This document shows positions 1-12,174 of a DNA stretch of 64,000 nucleotides, one piece after another. Numbering within the stretch: position 1 is the stretch's first letter; each line of letters begins with the position of its first letter. This DNA comes from Azolla caroliniana (taxonomy: Eukaryota; Plantae; Polypodiophyta): positions 13,764,001 to 13,828,000 of the forward strand of contig JBHGNT010000002.1 in assembly GCA_043228905.1 (NCBI GenBank), read 5' to 3'. The position numbers and the translations under genes were made by a program. Below the pieces are notes generated by a model. It ran no database searches, had not been told where the DNA came from, and saw only the letters and a list, made by a program, of their open reading frames with translations.

Positions 1-268
1 ACCGGAATCGGTATGCCGATCCCGATCCGGACCGATCCCGTAAATGTGCCAGTTGGCACCGTTTTGTATTTCGCACCGGAGACCTATATAAAGGCCCGGT
101 TATAATGTAATCAGAAGCGGATAATTAATAGAGCTTATTGTCTTAATCTCCCTGTGTTGATTACCGTTCTGTATTGTTATATCTTACACGTGTTAATTAT
201 GGATTGCTAAGTAACCAATTAAGGTCTAATTAAGCATTGTGCCGTAAGTCATTCTGAAAGACAAATTC

Positions 269-1600
269 TTGCACTTCTTCCAGAAGGAGGTGGACCAGCG
301 AGAAATGGTGGGCTTATTTTATACCATCCGGCAGGACCCCGGGGAGAGCATCCCGCAGTTTGTCATCCGGTTTCAACGGATGCACAGTCAGCTTACCCGC
401 GCACCTCCGGAGGAAGAAACGCGGGCTATATTTTTAGCCGCGCTCCGGGACCCTCTACGAACGGTATGCACGGTCATCAACTTTCGCACAAGCACCGTCG
501 ACCAGGTCATCAACCGGGTTAGAGAAATGGAGAAAATGAGCTCTTGGCTAACAATGGGAGCCCTCCAACGAGCGTTACCAACCGATGAGGATCTCCGGTT
601 CCGGCAAGCAATCCAATGCACAACTTGCTTGAATTCCGGACACTCGTCACTGGAGTGCACCATGCGGACGCACTGCTCACTCTGCCAATCTACGAGCCAC
701 ACGATGGACCGGTGCGAATATAACTTATTGAATCGGCAAGCACCACCAGTCCGGCAAATCGAGCCACGTAGCAGCTGAGACGAAGAAGACGAATGCTGGC
801 GGCGAGAGGAGCGATATCGACCGGCATAGGATGTCCGGTACGATGATCGGTGAGACAACTATGATCGGTACAAGAGATACGACAAGTACCGAGAGTACAA
901 TGGACGGTACGAGCATCACAACCGGGATCACTCCCCCGGGTATCACCAACGACAGGAAGATTACGGGAGATATGACGACCAACCCTGTCAAGGGTACCGC
1001 AACAAAAAGAACTTTAATAAAAAACGGCATTTCAAAAAAGGGAGCCACCCACGTGAACCGGAAAAAGGCGCCTCAAGCAGCCAATCGGACCAGAGCCCCG
1101 CGGTTACCACAAGCCCTCCACCGTGTATAGGAAACAATGCCGAATCCAGCAATACCCGAAAAGCATATTGCTATTATTTCCGGCAAGAAGGACATTACAG
1201 TAATCAATGTCCAGCAAAGAGCTATGATAAGCGACCGGCAGTAAACATGGTAGTTGCCGAAGTCGCAGACCTACAGCAGGTCACCACAAGGTCGAAGGGC
1301 AAGATGACGGAATGGGAGACACAAGAGGCCATCCAGAAGCAGGGTAAATGGGTCAATGGATTTAGACTAAAACCATACAAAGGACCTATGCCCAAGAACC
1401 CATTTGAACGAAGGGCCGCCACCGAATCAGACGCCAACAGGCCAACCACGACGGTAACTCGTGAGGAAAACGGCTACCACCAAGCCGGTAAGGGGGAGCA
1501 TGAGCCGACAATCGAGGATAGCATAACGACGGCAAACCGTCAAGAGGCCGGCAAGGTGCACGTTTCAGGTAAGGGTCCGACAGGACTGGAGAAAAATTAA
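269..1600 (+). pseudogene. Gag remnant (capsid-like region, CCHC knuckles) fused to the integrase C-terminus
   Basis: CTTCLNSGHSSLEC and CSLCQSTSHTMDRC knuckles; ORF 1247-1600 joins ETQEAIQKQ (pre-protease) directly to GKWVNGFRLKPY (integrase end of E). Confidence 0.85.
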
Positions 1601-1898
1601 CCACACAAATAACTTAAAAAAAATAAAAATAAAAATAAAAATCGAATGGAATCAAATAAATCATGGAAAGGAGTGGTGGAAATGGCCATGCAAACAAGGA
1701 GTAAAGAGGCACGTCGAAAAGGTACGAGGGGCTATGAATAGGACATTAAACCACCACCACATGGCACACAATGCTATTATAGTACACGACCTGCACATGC
1801 GGAGGCTCGAAAAAGGCGCCAAGATGTAGAGAGAAAAACCCCCACGCATCGAGACCTTCTCCTATCGCGAACCAAGGAGAACAGACGCAGACAGACGC

Positions 1899-4403
1899 GT
1901 GAAGATTAATCGCAGAGAGCTCGCACACAGAGAACCCCCTCCCTCAGAACTTTCTCTCTCACACTCTCCCCACCACCAAACCTCACCAACGCTCTCCGAC
2001 CTCGACACAGAGATGGACTGCCAAACGCTGTCTGAAGCCGCCAAGAAATGGCTACGGCAACACGGACTGGAGGGTTTCTTAACGATCATGGAGGCGGCAC
2101 CACACAAGGAGGCCGAAAAGATCATCAAAGAAATCGACATAGAAGTGATCACGGTGGTGGCGATCCGTGCGTTAATAGGCCTTCTGGAGGGAGGCATCTA
2201 CACGATCGACAATCCTACCTCCGAGCAACTCATCAAATATTTCGGTGAGTACTCTCTAGCCAGCAAGGGCTACAGGACACAGGGCGTCGAAGATATGCTA
2301 TTCCGCGAAATTGCCCGTGTGCTCCATGAATTCGGCCACGTGTACCCTCGACCCCCCGTCATGCCTCAGAACCGAGCATGCTTGATCATCGCAACGTACG
2401 AAGGGGTCAAGGTAGATTGGCCAGTGCTGATCGCCGACGGGCTGTGTACGACCATTGATATAGTAAGAGGAAAGGACGGCAAGGAAGGCCGGAAAATATG
2501 GCGGCGCCATCGGTCGAGCCCGTCCAAACCAAGAAGCGGGGAAGAGCAACGGACGGCACCCCGAAACCTGCTTCGAAACGGCAACAACTGTTGGCCTCCA
2601 AGGCCACTAAGGGGAAGACGGCCGACGCAGAGAAGGCGGCAAAGGAGCGCGCCAGCCGGAAGCGGCCGACGGATGTAAGTGAGGAGACACTGGCACGGCC
2701 CCTGAAGAGCCACTCCACCGACCGGTGCAACAGGAAACGGACACCCTGGCGGCAAGAATGAATGCCGGGACTCAGGTGGAAGAAATGGAGGAAGAACCCA
2801 TAGAACACCTCTAGTGGCGGCCGGTGAAGAGCACCGTTGAATCAGCCGGGAAGCGTTCGGACCCACAGAAGGATGGAACGCCCTCAACTCACGCTGAGCA
2901 TCCCACGCCAAGGGAGGTACCGAAACCGGTTCGGAGGGAACTGGTCACAGAAGTCCCTGCACAACAGGCAGCACCGGCAAGCCCAGTAACTCAAGAGCCG
3001 GATATACAAAGGCCAACCTTCCTAGCCGGCCAAGAACAAGCAGACAAGGGGCGACTAGCCGAAACACACTTAGATGCAGAACGGCAAAGTGGTTAGCTGG
3101 CAGAACTAGAAGCGTAGCTCGACCCAATAAGGCGGGACTAGCCACCGGTGAGTGAACCCATCATCCAACTCTCCGTGCAAGCGCAACAACAGTGCACCGG
3201 TAGCCAATGGATCCGGTGGATAGGGGACCAAATTGCCGGAGTAGTCAGATGCATAGAGGCTGAGGAAAGAGCGCAAACGGAACGGTTGCTCGTCACATCC
3301 GATGAACTGGAGACGGCCCGGTCAAGGATCCGGTGCCTCGAACAAGACTTGGATCGGATCACGGGAGATATGGCCAAAATGGCCTTAACCGCAATGCAGA
3401 TCCAAGCACCGGTGACTCCGGTTAATGTACAGAGGAATAAGACCCCGGAGACACAAACTGTCCTGGAGAAAGATGCGGCGCAAGCCCAAGAGCTTGCGGA
3501 ATTACGAGATGAGCTCGCCGCACAAGAAGCATTACGGAGCCGTGAACGCGACCGGAGGAAGCGGCGAATGACCGGATGGAGCTCCACAAACAGAACCATG
3601 AAGACAAGGACAGAGCGACAATGGTATTACAGAGGTTGCAAACTACCTATCAAAATCAATTGTCGCATTATAGGGAGTAGGAGGCGGACACGGTTCGGAT
3701 CATCAAGCAATTGAAGGAAGAGCGACAAGCTGCAGAAAATAAATCACAGATGGGAGCCGAACGGATCCAGTGCATCCTCTGGTTATGGCTCACTAAGACC
3801 AAAAGCTTGATTGATGATAGCTCTGTGCGTTGGTGGGCGAAATGGGTGCAGAATACGGCGGAACTCCATTTGCTTAGGGTGGACGTGGAAAACCGGCGAA
3901 AGGAGGGCGACGACTGTTATACGCTGACCTCAGAGGACTTCACCACCATAAGGGATGAGCTGGCCGAAGATTTCACAGCCTTGGCGGATGAACAACTGGT
4001 ATAGGTCCGACAGCTCGTAGCTCAACTGGGCGACGATCGGCTGGAGGCTCAAATCCAGTTCGAGAGCTATGATCGGTCCCGGTTGCGGGAAGAAAAAGCG
4101 AGAAAGGTGGCGACGGTCAACCTTAGTGATGAGGAACCGTCACCGGTGCAAGGACCAGACGGGGACCAAGCCGGGGTCAGTCAGCCACAGACAACTCCGG
4201 CGGAGAAACCAACGAAGGAAACGCCGGTGCCAGAGCAACAAACGGAGCCGCAACCCCAAACAGAGAAGGCACAAACGGAGCAGCAGCCACAACCACAGCC
4301 ACAAACAGAACAGCAACAACAACCACACCAGCAACAACAGATTCCCGACGAGCCATTGGAAATTTTGGAGCAAAGCATTCTGGACATTTTGGACGAAGCG
4401 TAA
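1899..4403 (+). pseudogene. Extra ORF (ORF3) of element A, frameshifted and partly deleted
   Basis: Pieces 1899-2678, 3148-3714, 3711-4004 and 4083-4403 match E ORF3, e.g. LSEAAKKWLRQHGL and RRKEGDDCYxLTSEDFT. Confidence 0.85.
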
Positions 4404-4457
4404 AAGGGCCGGATAATGGGTTCGACGTACAAGGTACTGTCCCACGGGCGTGCCATG

Positions 4458-4840
4458 TGTTACCGGCTGGCAAGAAGGCTTAAGGAGGTTCAAATCAGAA
4501 TGTGAAAAGGAATAGTTTATTCGGGAACTGTTGTAATTAGTAATCTTAATATAGATATTAATATATGAGAAGATGTGGACGGACGGATCGATCCCGTAAA
4601 GGTGCCGGTTGGCACCGTTTTGTATTTCGCACCGGAGACCTATATAAAGGCCCGATTATAATGTAATCAGAAGCGGATAATTAATAGAGCTTATTGTCTT
4701 AATCTCCTTGTGTTGATTACCGTTCTGTATTCATTGTTATATCTTACGCGTGTTAATTATGGATTGCTAAGTAACCAATTAAGGTCTAATTAAGCGTTGT
4801 GCCGTAAGTCATTCTGCCGTACCACCCTTTGGTGAAGTGT
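4458..4840 (+). repeat. 3' LTR of element A, truncated in U5
   Basis: Starts TGTTACCGG like the E LTR on its coding strand; TATA-like CCTATATAAAGG at ~4639; breaks after TGGTGAAGTGT. Confidence 0.85.
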
Positions 4841-4973
4841 CGGTCGGTCCGTCCACATCTTCTCATATATTAATATCTATATTAAGATTACTAATTACAA
4901 CAGTTCCTGAATAAATGATTCGTTTTCACACTCTGATTTGGACCTCCTTAAGCCTTCTTGCAAGCCGGTAACA
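4841..4973 (-). repeat. Inverted 5' part of a second LTR of the same family
   Basis: Reverse complement of 4458-~4590 with a few substitutions; ends ...CCGGTAACA at 4973. Confidence 0.9.
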
Positions 4974-5718
4974 CCTTTGTGAGAATTTTCTTTAGATAGT
5001 CATATGCATGTTGTTCGGCTGTTGACCACTAAAATAGTGTTTTGTGTACATCCACATGTAGTGGTGTTGTGACATCAGCCAAATACCGAGTTATCTGACT
5101 GTGCCATCGAATTTGGCCCAGAAATCAGCTGAGAGCCTTAGCATTTGTCGGCGATGGTGCGTCTAGTATGGCTTTAACTTTGTCGGGGTCAACAACAATT
5201 TTGCGCTAACTAACAATATGACCAAGTAGTGTACCAGTCATTACCCCAAATGCACATTTAGCTAGATTTAAACTTAGTCGGCCTTGTCGACACCTATTCG
5301 GGCATAATCAGAGGTGTTCGAAATGGTCGTCTTGTTGACTGTATACCTCGAAATCATCTAAAAACGCCTACATGAATGATGGTATATAATCAACGAAAAT
5401 CTCCAGGATGACTCTTTGGAATGCAGTCAGAGTTGTTTTTAGTCCGAACATCATGAAGACTGCAACAAAGACCCCCAAGTCAGTGACAAAAGTTGTTTTC
5501 TTCTAGTCGACAAGATTAATTCGAACTTGGTTATAAGCACTGAAACCATCAAGAAAACTATAAATTTCATGACCAACCACCGCCTCAAGAATGCCATTCG
5601 TAAAGGGTAACGGAAATGCATCCGTTATCGTTGCAACATTCAACTTCCTGTAGTCCACACATACCCTGATCTTTCCATTCTTTTTGGGCACAATTACTAT
5701 CAGACTCATCCAAGTAGC
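4974..5718 (-). pseudogene. Gypsy reverse transcriptase fragment (E/F-like)
   Basis: ORF 5503-5709 VPKKNGKIRVCVDYRKLN...FLDGFSAYNQ, with a degenerate FLDDF downstream. Confidence 0.85.
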
Positions 5719-7949
5719 TGAACAAAGAATACGTACGGAAGCTTAACAGACACAATCGGGTAACAACAGACAAAATACAAAGAAGATGAGAAAGGTTTAA
5801 TGGAAAGCTTAATTAACACAGCGTATGTGAGAGAGAAAGAGAGAGCAGAACACAGAAAACTTTATACCAACACAATACTCTAAAACTCTGTACATAGGAT
5901 GTGCTCAGAGAGCATTTTTATACAAGTCCATACGGACTAACAGAAGTACTGACACGTACTTCAAGGATCATCAATGAGCCTCTACACTAACTCCCAAAAT
6001 ATATTCCTCTGCGGAATATCTATCCAACAGCCTTCTGATTTACGCATTGCTACGACCTCTCGTTGCACACCCGGTTTACGCACCCAGTCTACGCACTGGT
6101 TTACGCACCCAATATTGAGCTTGTATCTCAACACTCCCCCTCAAGCTCAACTTGAGGTTCCACCTGCTCTTCCGGATCTTCGCTTTGGCTTCTTCTGGCT
6201 TCACGCCTTGCTCGCGCTCCTCGACCCATTCGATTCCGCCCACCTCGACCCTTTCGAACCGCTTGTTTGCCCATGCAGCCTTTCTCAGCTCCCTTGCTAT
6301 CGTGGTGTTGGCGCCTCTTCCACTGCCCTTTCCTCCGTTTGGCCTTAAGTTGATTTGGCACACAATATCCTTTGTGTGCATTGAAGTTGTTCGGTCGTGG
6401 GTTGCAATATAAATGGATTGATCAGGCTGAACGGGTAACAAAAATTTCGCCGAGTGATCGTCAAATAAAATAGGCTTCCGACAATCTATCGGAACCGTGT
6501 TGGGTCGCACTCCTTTCCTGAATCTCGGCAAAGCTTGACGTTTCTATCCAGAGGAGTTTAGATGGACTTACCGTCGGCCTTCTCGAACTTGAAGAGCATA
6601 CTCAACACGTAATGTCATTCGCTGATCAGTATGCCTTTGGGGTGTGGATCACTTCGATCCCTAGGAAGTAATGACGGTCCCCTAGGTCTTTCATGTTGAA
6701 TGATGTCGTGAGCTAGGACTTTATGCGGTCGATTTCTTCTAGGCCGGCGCCGAAGATAACTAAATCATCAACAAATATCTAAAATACTAACCGGTCCATG
6801 TCAACCTTGCCGGACGAACAATGAAGAGTCCGAATTGGATGTCGCAAACCCCATCCGACACAGGTGCTACGTGATCTTCGTGTTCCACGCACACGGGGCT
6901 TGTTTTAGTCCATAAAGGGACTTCTTCAGTCGGCATAACGCCGAGGTGTTCTTTTCAGACTGTAATCCGGGGGGTTGTACCATGTACACCTGTTCCTCAA
7001 GTTCTCCTTGTTGGAACGCATTCTTTACATCCATATGATGTAAATGGCACCCCTTTACCGCGTCTACCGCAAGCAGGACACAGACGGTTGTCATCTTCGC
7101 GATAGGCGGAAAGGTCTCATCGTAGTCAATGTCATGTTGTTGTGTGTATCCCTTTGCCACTAACTGGGCATTGTAGCGGTTGACAGAGCCGTCGATGTTG
7201 TACTTGACCTTGTACACCCACCTGCATCCAATTGGCTTTACACCCTTCGGGGTGTCAACTAGGTTCCAGGTTTCAATTTGCGCTAATGCGTGCATCTCTT
7301 CCTCCATTGCTACACGTCAAGTTGCATCCTTCGCCACTTCTGCGTAGTTGTCCGGCTCACACACTTCCGTTACTCGTGTCATGACGCGTAATGATGCGCT
7401 AGTACTCATTGTATCCGAGCCGCACCATGGGGTTCTTTTGGCGGGTTGATCGGCGTAATTGCTCAGAGCCGATTTTGAGGAACTTTTGGCCGACGCGGAG
7501 TTCGTTTTCGAAGGGTTTAGGGTCGATTTCGGACTCGACCTTTTGTCCATTCGCGAACAACGCAGTTCCGACTTCATTGGTGTTGAGGATGAACATCCTC
7601 CCTTGTCGACGCCCTTGTGCAATGATTTTGCCCTCTTCTTCGATGTAGTAACCGAGATGCATGAATCAAACTTGCATCCCTTGGTCGACGATCTGTCCGA
7701 CCGACACCAGGTTCTTGGTTATTGTCAGGACGTGTAACATGTTCATGAGTTTCCCTTTCTACCCGACGTGGTTGAGGGAAACTTCTCCGACATGTTCGAT
7801 GGTATGCGGAGTGTAGTCTCCCGTTTCGACCACTCCTTGTTTTTCCGGTTTCTCCAAGGAGAGAACCATTCCTCGTGACTCGTCATATGATTTGACGCTC
7901 CAGAGTCAATGTACCAAACGTTGTTCGGTTTCCAGATGTTCACTGCCAT
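5719..7949 (-). mobile_element. Copia element M (3' LTR 5719-6133, PPT, RT and protease fragments; 5' end lost)
   Basis: PPT GAGCTTGAGGGGGAG abuts the LTR at 6134; RT ORF 6867-7307 (KPIGCRWVYKVK, LYGLKQAP); protease WYIDSGASNHMT in 7743-7949. Confidence 0.85.
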
Positions 7950-7962
7950 CAGTTTCTAGGTG

Positions 7963-10900
7963 AACCAGATCGGTTGGGGCCGATCGGTTAGGCTGGACCG
8001 GTGCGTAAAACGGGTGCGTAAACCAGTACGCAAACCGGTGCGTAACGAGAAGCTGTAGTGGTGCATAAACCGCGAGGCCGTTGGAAAGATATTCTGTGTA
8101 GGAATATATTTTGGGAGTTAGCGTAGATCTCAGTTATGAGCATTGAAGTATGTGTCAGTACTTCTGTCAGTCCGTATGGACTTGTATAAAAGTGCTCACT
8201 GAGCACATCCTATGTACAGATTGAGTATTATTTTGAATCGAGTTTTTCCTGTATGTCCTCTCTCTCTGTCTCTCCCGTGTACTATGCATATACAAGCTCT
8301 CGATTAAACCTGCGTATTTTCTGTGTTCGATTTCCTATTGCTTGCACACACTATTCTTCACATGGTATTAGAGCGCGAGGGTTGAGAACCTTTGCAGCCG
8401 ACATAGCTTGAAAGGGAAACTAACCAAGAAGAACATGTAAAACCGATGGATAGAAGCATGGCTAGCTCGCTTCCAACGGAGAAGCTCGACAAAAACAACT
8501 ACGCGTCTTGGTCCTACAAGAATATTTTTCCGGTCAATTCAACGGCTATCTGCAACAGATGGGAATTCGGCGCAAATTCAGTTGTAGATACACGCCGGAG
8601 CAAAACGGCGTAGCCGAGAGGAAGAACCGGTCAATTGTAGAAGCAGCACGGGCAATGCAGGAGGAGAAGAGCTTGCCCAAGTTCTATTGGGCCGAGGTGG
8701 TACGAACCGCAGTATACATCCAGAATCGAATTGGAGACAAAGTGTCGGCGCATGAGCAGTACTTCGGAAGGAAGCCGAATCTACGACACTTGAGAGTTTT
8801 CAGTAGCATTGCGTATGTGCATGTACCGAAGGAGAAACAGGGGAAGTTGGATGCGAAAGCCAAGAAATGCATCCTTGTCGGCTACTCGGACGAGCAGAAG
8901 GGTTATAAGTGTTATAACCCTCACACCAAACAAGTGCGCATGAGCCGTGACGTTGTGTTTGACGAGTCCGCATCCTGGTACTTGCCTCCGACTCCGGACC
9001 TCACCTCCAATCCGAGTTCTAATGATGAGATCAGTGAGGCCGAGGTGCCTCCGCATGAGCCTGAAATCGGGACCCGCGAAGAGAGTCCGATTTCGTTTCG
9101 GTGAAGCGGACCGGATGTACGACTGAGTCGATTCGACTAGTCTAATGAAGAGCCGACGAGTAGTGGAGACTCCGCTATGCATTCTCCACGCAGGAAGCCG
9201 AGGAGACGGTTTATGCACAAAGAAAAAGGGAAGAAGAAGGTGTCGGATTACGACACGGATAGGAATGAGTCAGATCGACACAAGTCTAACTCCGAGGGAG
9301 GTGACGATGGGTCTTTGAGAGCGAAGTCTGCGTCGGCCATGAAAGCCTCAACATCGGCTAATGAGCAACTACGCCGATCAACTTGCGAGAAGAACCTTGT
9401 TGTGCGGTTTGGTTACAATGAGTACATGGCGCATCACTATGTGTACATGATGCGTGTTGCGGAAGTGCGTGAGCCAGGGAGCTACGCAGAAGCGGCGAAG
9501 GACGCGAATTGGGGTGCCGCAATGGAGGAAGAGATGCGCGCATTGGCAAAGAATGAAACCTGGGACTTGATTGACGCACTGAAAGGTGTGAAGCCGATCG
9601 GATGTAGGTGGCTGTACAAGGTCAAGTACAACACTGACGGCTCGATCAACCGCTACAAGGCCCGACTAGTAGCAAAAGGCTATGCGCAGAAACATGGCAT
9701 CGACTACGATGAGACGTTTGCACCGGTCGCGAAGATGACGACCGTCCGTGTTTTGCTCACAGTCGTTGCGACAAAGGGGCGGCATTTACATCAGATGGAT
9801 GTAAGGAATGCGTTCCTGCAAGGTGAGCTTGAGGAATAGGTGTACATGGTACAGTCCCCCGGATTTCACTCCGGAACGAAGACTTCGGCGGTGTGCTGAT
9901 TGAAGAAGTCCGTTTACAGACTAAAGCAAGCCCCGCGTGCCTGGAACGCATAGATCATGCAATGATTGCATCAGATGGGCTTTGTGACATTAGTATTTTA
10001 CTTTATGTTGATGACTTGGTCATCACTAGCGTTGACCTAGGTGAGATAGATCGCTTGAAGCTCCAACTCGCGGCATCATTCGACATGAAGGATCTGGGGG
10101 ACCTTCATTACTTCCTCGGGATTGAAGTTATCCATACCCCCGAAGGCATCTTGATCAGCCAACGTCATTACGTGCTGAATATGCTCTTCAAATTCGGGAT
10201 GGCCGACTGTAAATCTGTCCCGAATCCTCTCAATAGAACCGTCAAGCTTCGCCCCGATTCTTGAAAGTTATGCGACCCGACGAGGTTCCCACAGATAGTC
10301 GGAAGCCTTATATACTTGACCATCACCCGACCAGATCTCAGCTACCCGGTCGGGGTGATTAGTCAGTTCATGGTGCGACCGACCGAGGAGCACCTTCAGT
10401 GCGCACAACACGTACTCCGGTACGTCAGTGGCACTAAGGACCGGGGGCTACTATATCGGACCGATACTATCGCGTAGTTGGTCGGTTACACCGATGTTGA
10501 TTGGGCCGGAAACGCTGGCGATCGCCAATCCATGTCCGGCTTCGTGTTCTCTCTCGAGAGTGCCGCGATTGCGTGGAGTAGCAAGATGCAACTGACAGTT
10601 GCGTTGTCGAGCACCGAAGCCGAGTATAGACGAGCCGTTGTTGCGACATGCGAAGCCATATGGTTGAAGCGGCTACTTAAGGATCTGTAGGTGGAGGTAC
10701 CCGATCTAACGACAATCTATTGCGACAACCTCAGCATCATCCAGCTAGCTAAGAACCCCGTCTTCCACGCCCGGACTAAGCTACCATTTCGTCCGTGAGC
10801 GTGTCCTCTCTGGTGAATTTCAACTTCAATATGTTCCGACGGATTGACAGAACACCAACATCTTCACCAACCCTCTTGGTTTGGACAAGTTGCGGCAATT

Positions 10901-11871
10901 CTCGGGTGCGCTTGGGTTGCGTCACCTCGATGTGCCGAACTTGAGGGGGAGAGACGTTCTGGAAGACGAAGACCGCGACGTTGAGTCAGATGATGAATTC
11001 GAATTCGGACCGGCTGAAGAAGACGAGGGCGAACCCGTGGAAGATTCCGAAAGCGGACATAAGGGGAGCAGTCGAAAGAAAGAGCCGAAGCCAACCAAGG
11101 GCAAGAAGACCGAGGATGAGTTGGAGACAGCCAACTCATATGAGAGCAAAAACCGATCGGAGGAAGCTAAGTCGGTTCGGATATTTGATTCAGATACGCT
11201 GAATCAACCAAGGGCCAAGCTGAAGAGAAGGTAGCAGAAGAGGCGCCAACACCACAACAACAAGGAAGCTGAGAAGGGCCATGTGAGCAGACAAGCCGAC
11301 CGAAAGTGTCGAGGCACGCGGAATCGAATGGGTCGAGGAGCGCAAGCGAGGCGTGAAGCCAGAAGGAACCGAAGAGCAGATCCGGAAGAGCAGATGGAAC
11401 CTCAAGTTGAGCTTGAGGGGGAGTGTTGAGATACAAGCTCAACGTTGGCTGGATCGGTTGTGCAAGCCGAGAACCGGATCGGTTGGAGCCGATCGATTAG
11501 GCCAGACCGGTGCGTAAAACGGGTGCGTAAACCAGTACGCAAACCAGTGCGTAACTAGAAGCCGTAGCGGTGCATAAACCACGAGGCCGTTGGAAAGATA
11601 TTCCGCGTAGGAATATATTTTGGGAGTTAGCGTAGAGCTCAGTTATGAGCATTGAAGTATGTGTCAGTACTTCTGTTAGTCCAGATGGACTTGTATAAAA
11701 GTGCTCATTGAGCACATCCTATGTACAGATTGAGTATTATTTTGAATCGAGTTTTTCCTGTGTGTCCTCTCTCTCTGTCTCTCCCGCGTAGTGTGCATAT
11801 ACAAGCTCTCCATTAAACCTGCATATTTTCTGTGTTCGATTTCCTATTGCTTCCGCATGCTATTCTTCACA
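7963..11871 (+). mobile_element. Copia element L (same family as M); most of gag to the start of IN deleted
   Basis: 5' LTR (truncated) ends 8362; 3' LTR 11424-11871 TG..CA after the PPT; IN 8508-9104 (TPEQNGVAERKNR); RT/RH 9177-10880 (LYVDDL, GYTDVDWAG). Confidence 0.9.
8363..8374 (+). promoter_or_regulatory. Primer-binding site (PBS), initiator tRNA-Met, copia L
   Basis: TGGTATTAGAGC, one mismatch to canonical TGGTATCAGAGC, directly after the LTR. Confidence 0.85.
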
Positions 11872-12174
11872 GCTTCATTACTAAGGCGGGGCCTAATCCA
11901 TTTTCAGCTCGTTCGGAGTCCTCGACGTAGTGTGATCGCTACCAATTTCCTTGTTCAGTCCACCCGGATCCTGATGCGCTTTTCTCCGAATCAACGTGTT
12001 TCTTGCAACACTCACTCTCCCTGTGGCCTTTCTTGCCACATTACCAACATTCCGCAATGGGTTTTCCTTGCCGGTTTCCAGCGCCGCCTCCATTCCCCCT
12101 GCTTCCGTAGGTTCCAGAACTACTGTTGGCATTACGAGCATGCCTTCCATCTTACTTCTGTCGGCCACCTCCAA

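Larger units (their letters stand above)
1..4840 (+). mobile_element. Gypsy element A: internally deleted copy of the family of element E (37049-46913)
   Basis: LTR sequence at 1-256 recurs in the 3' LTR at ~4580-4816; gag (269-1340) and extra ORF (1899-4403) peptides align by eye with E; PR-RT-RH-IN missing (junction ~1343). Confidence 0.9.
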
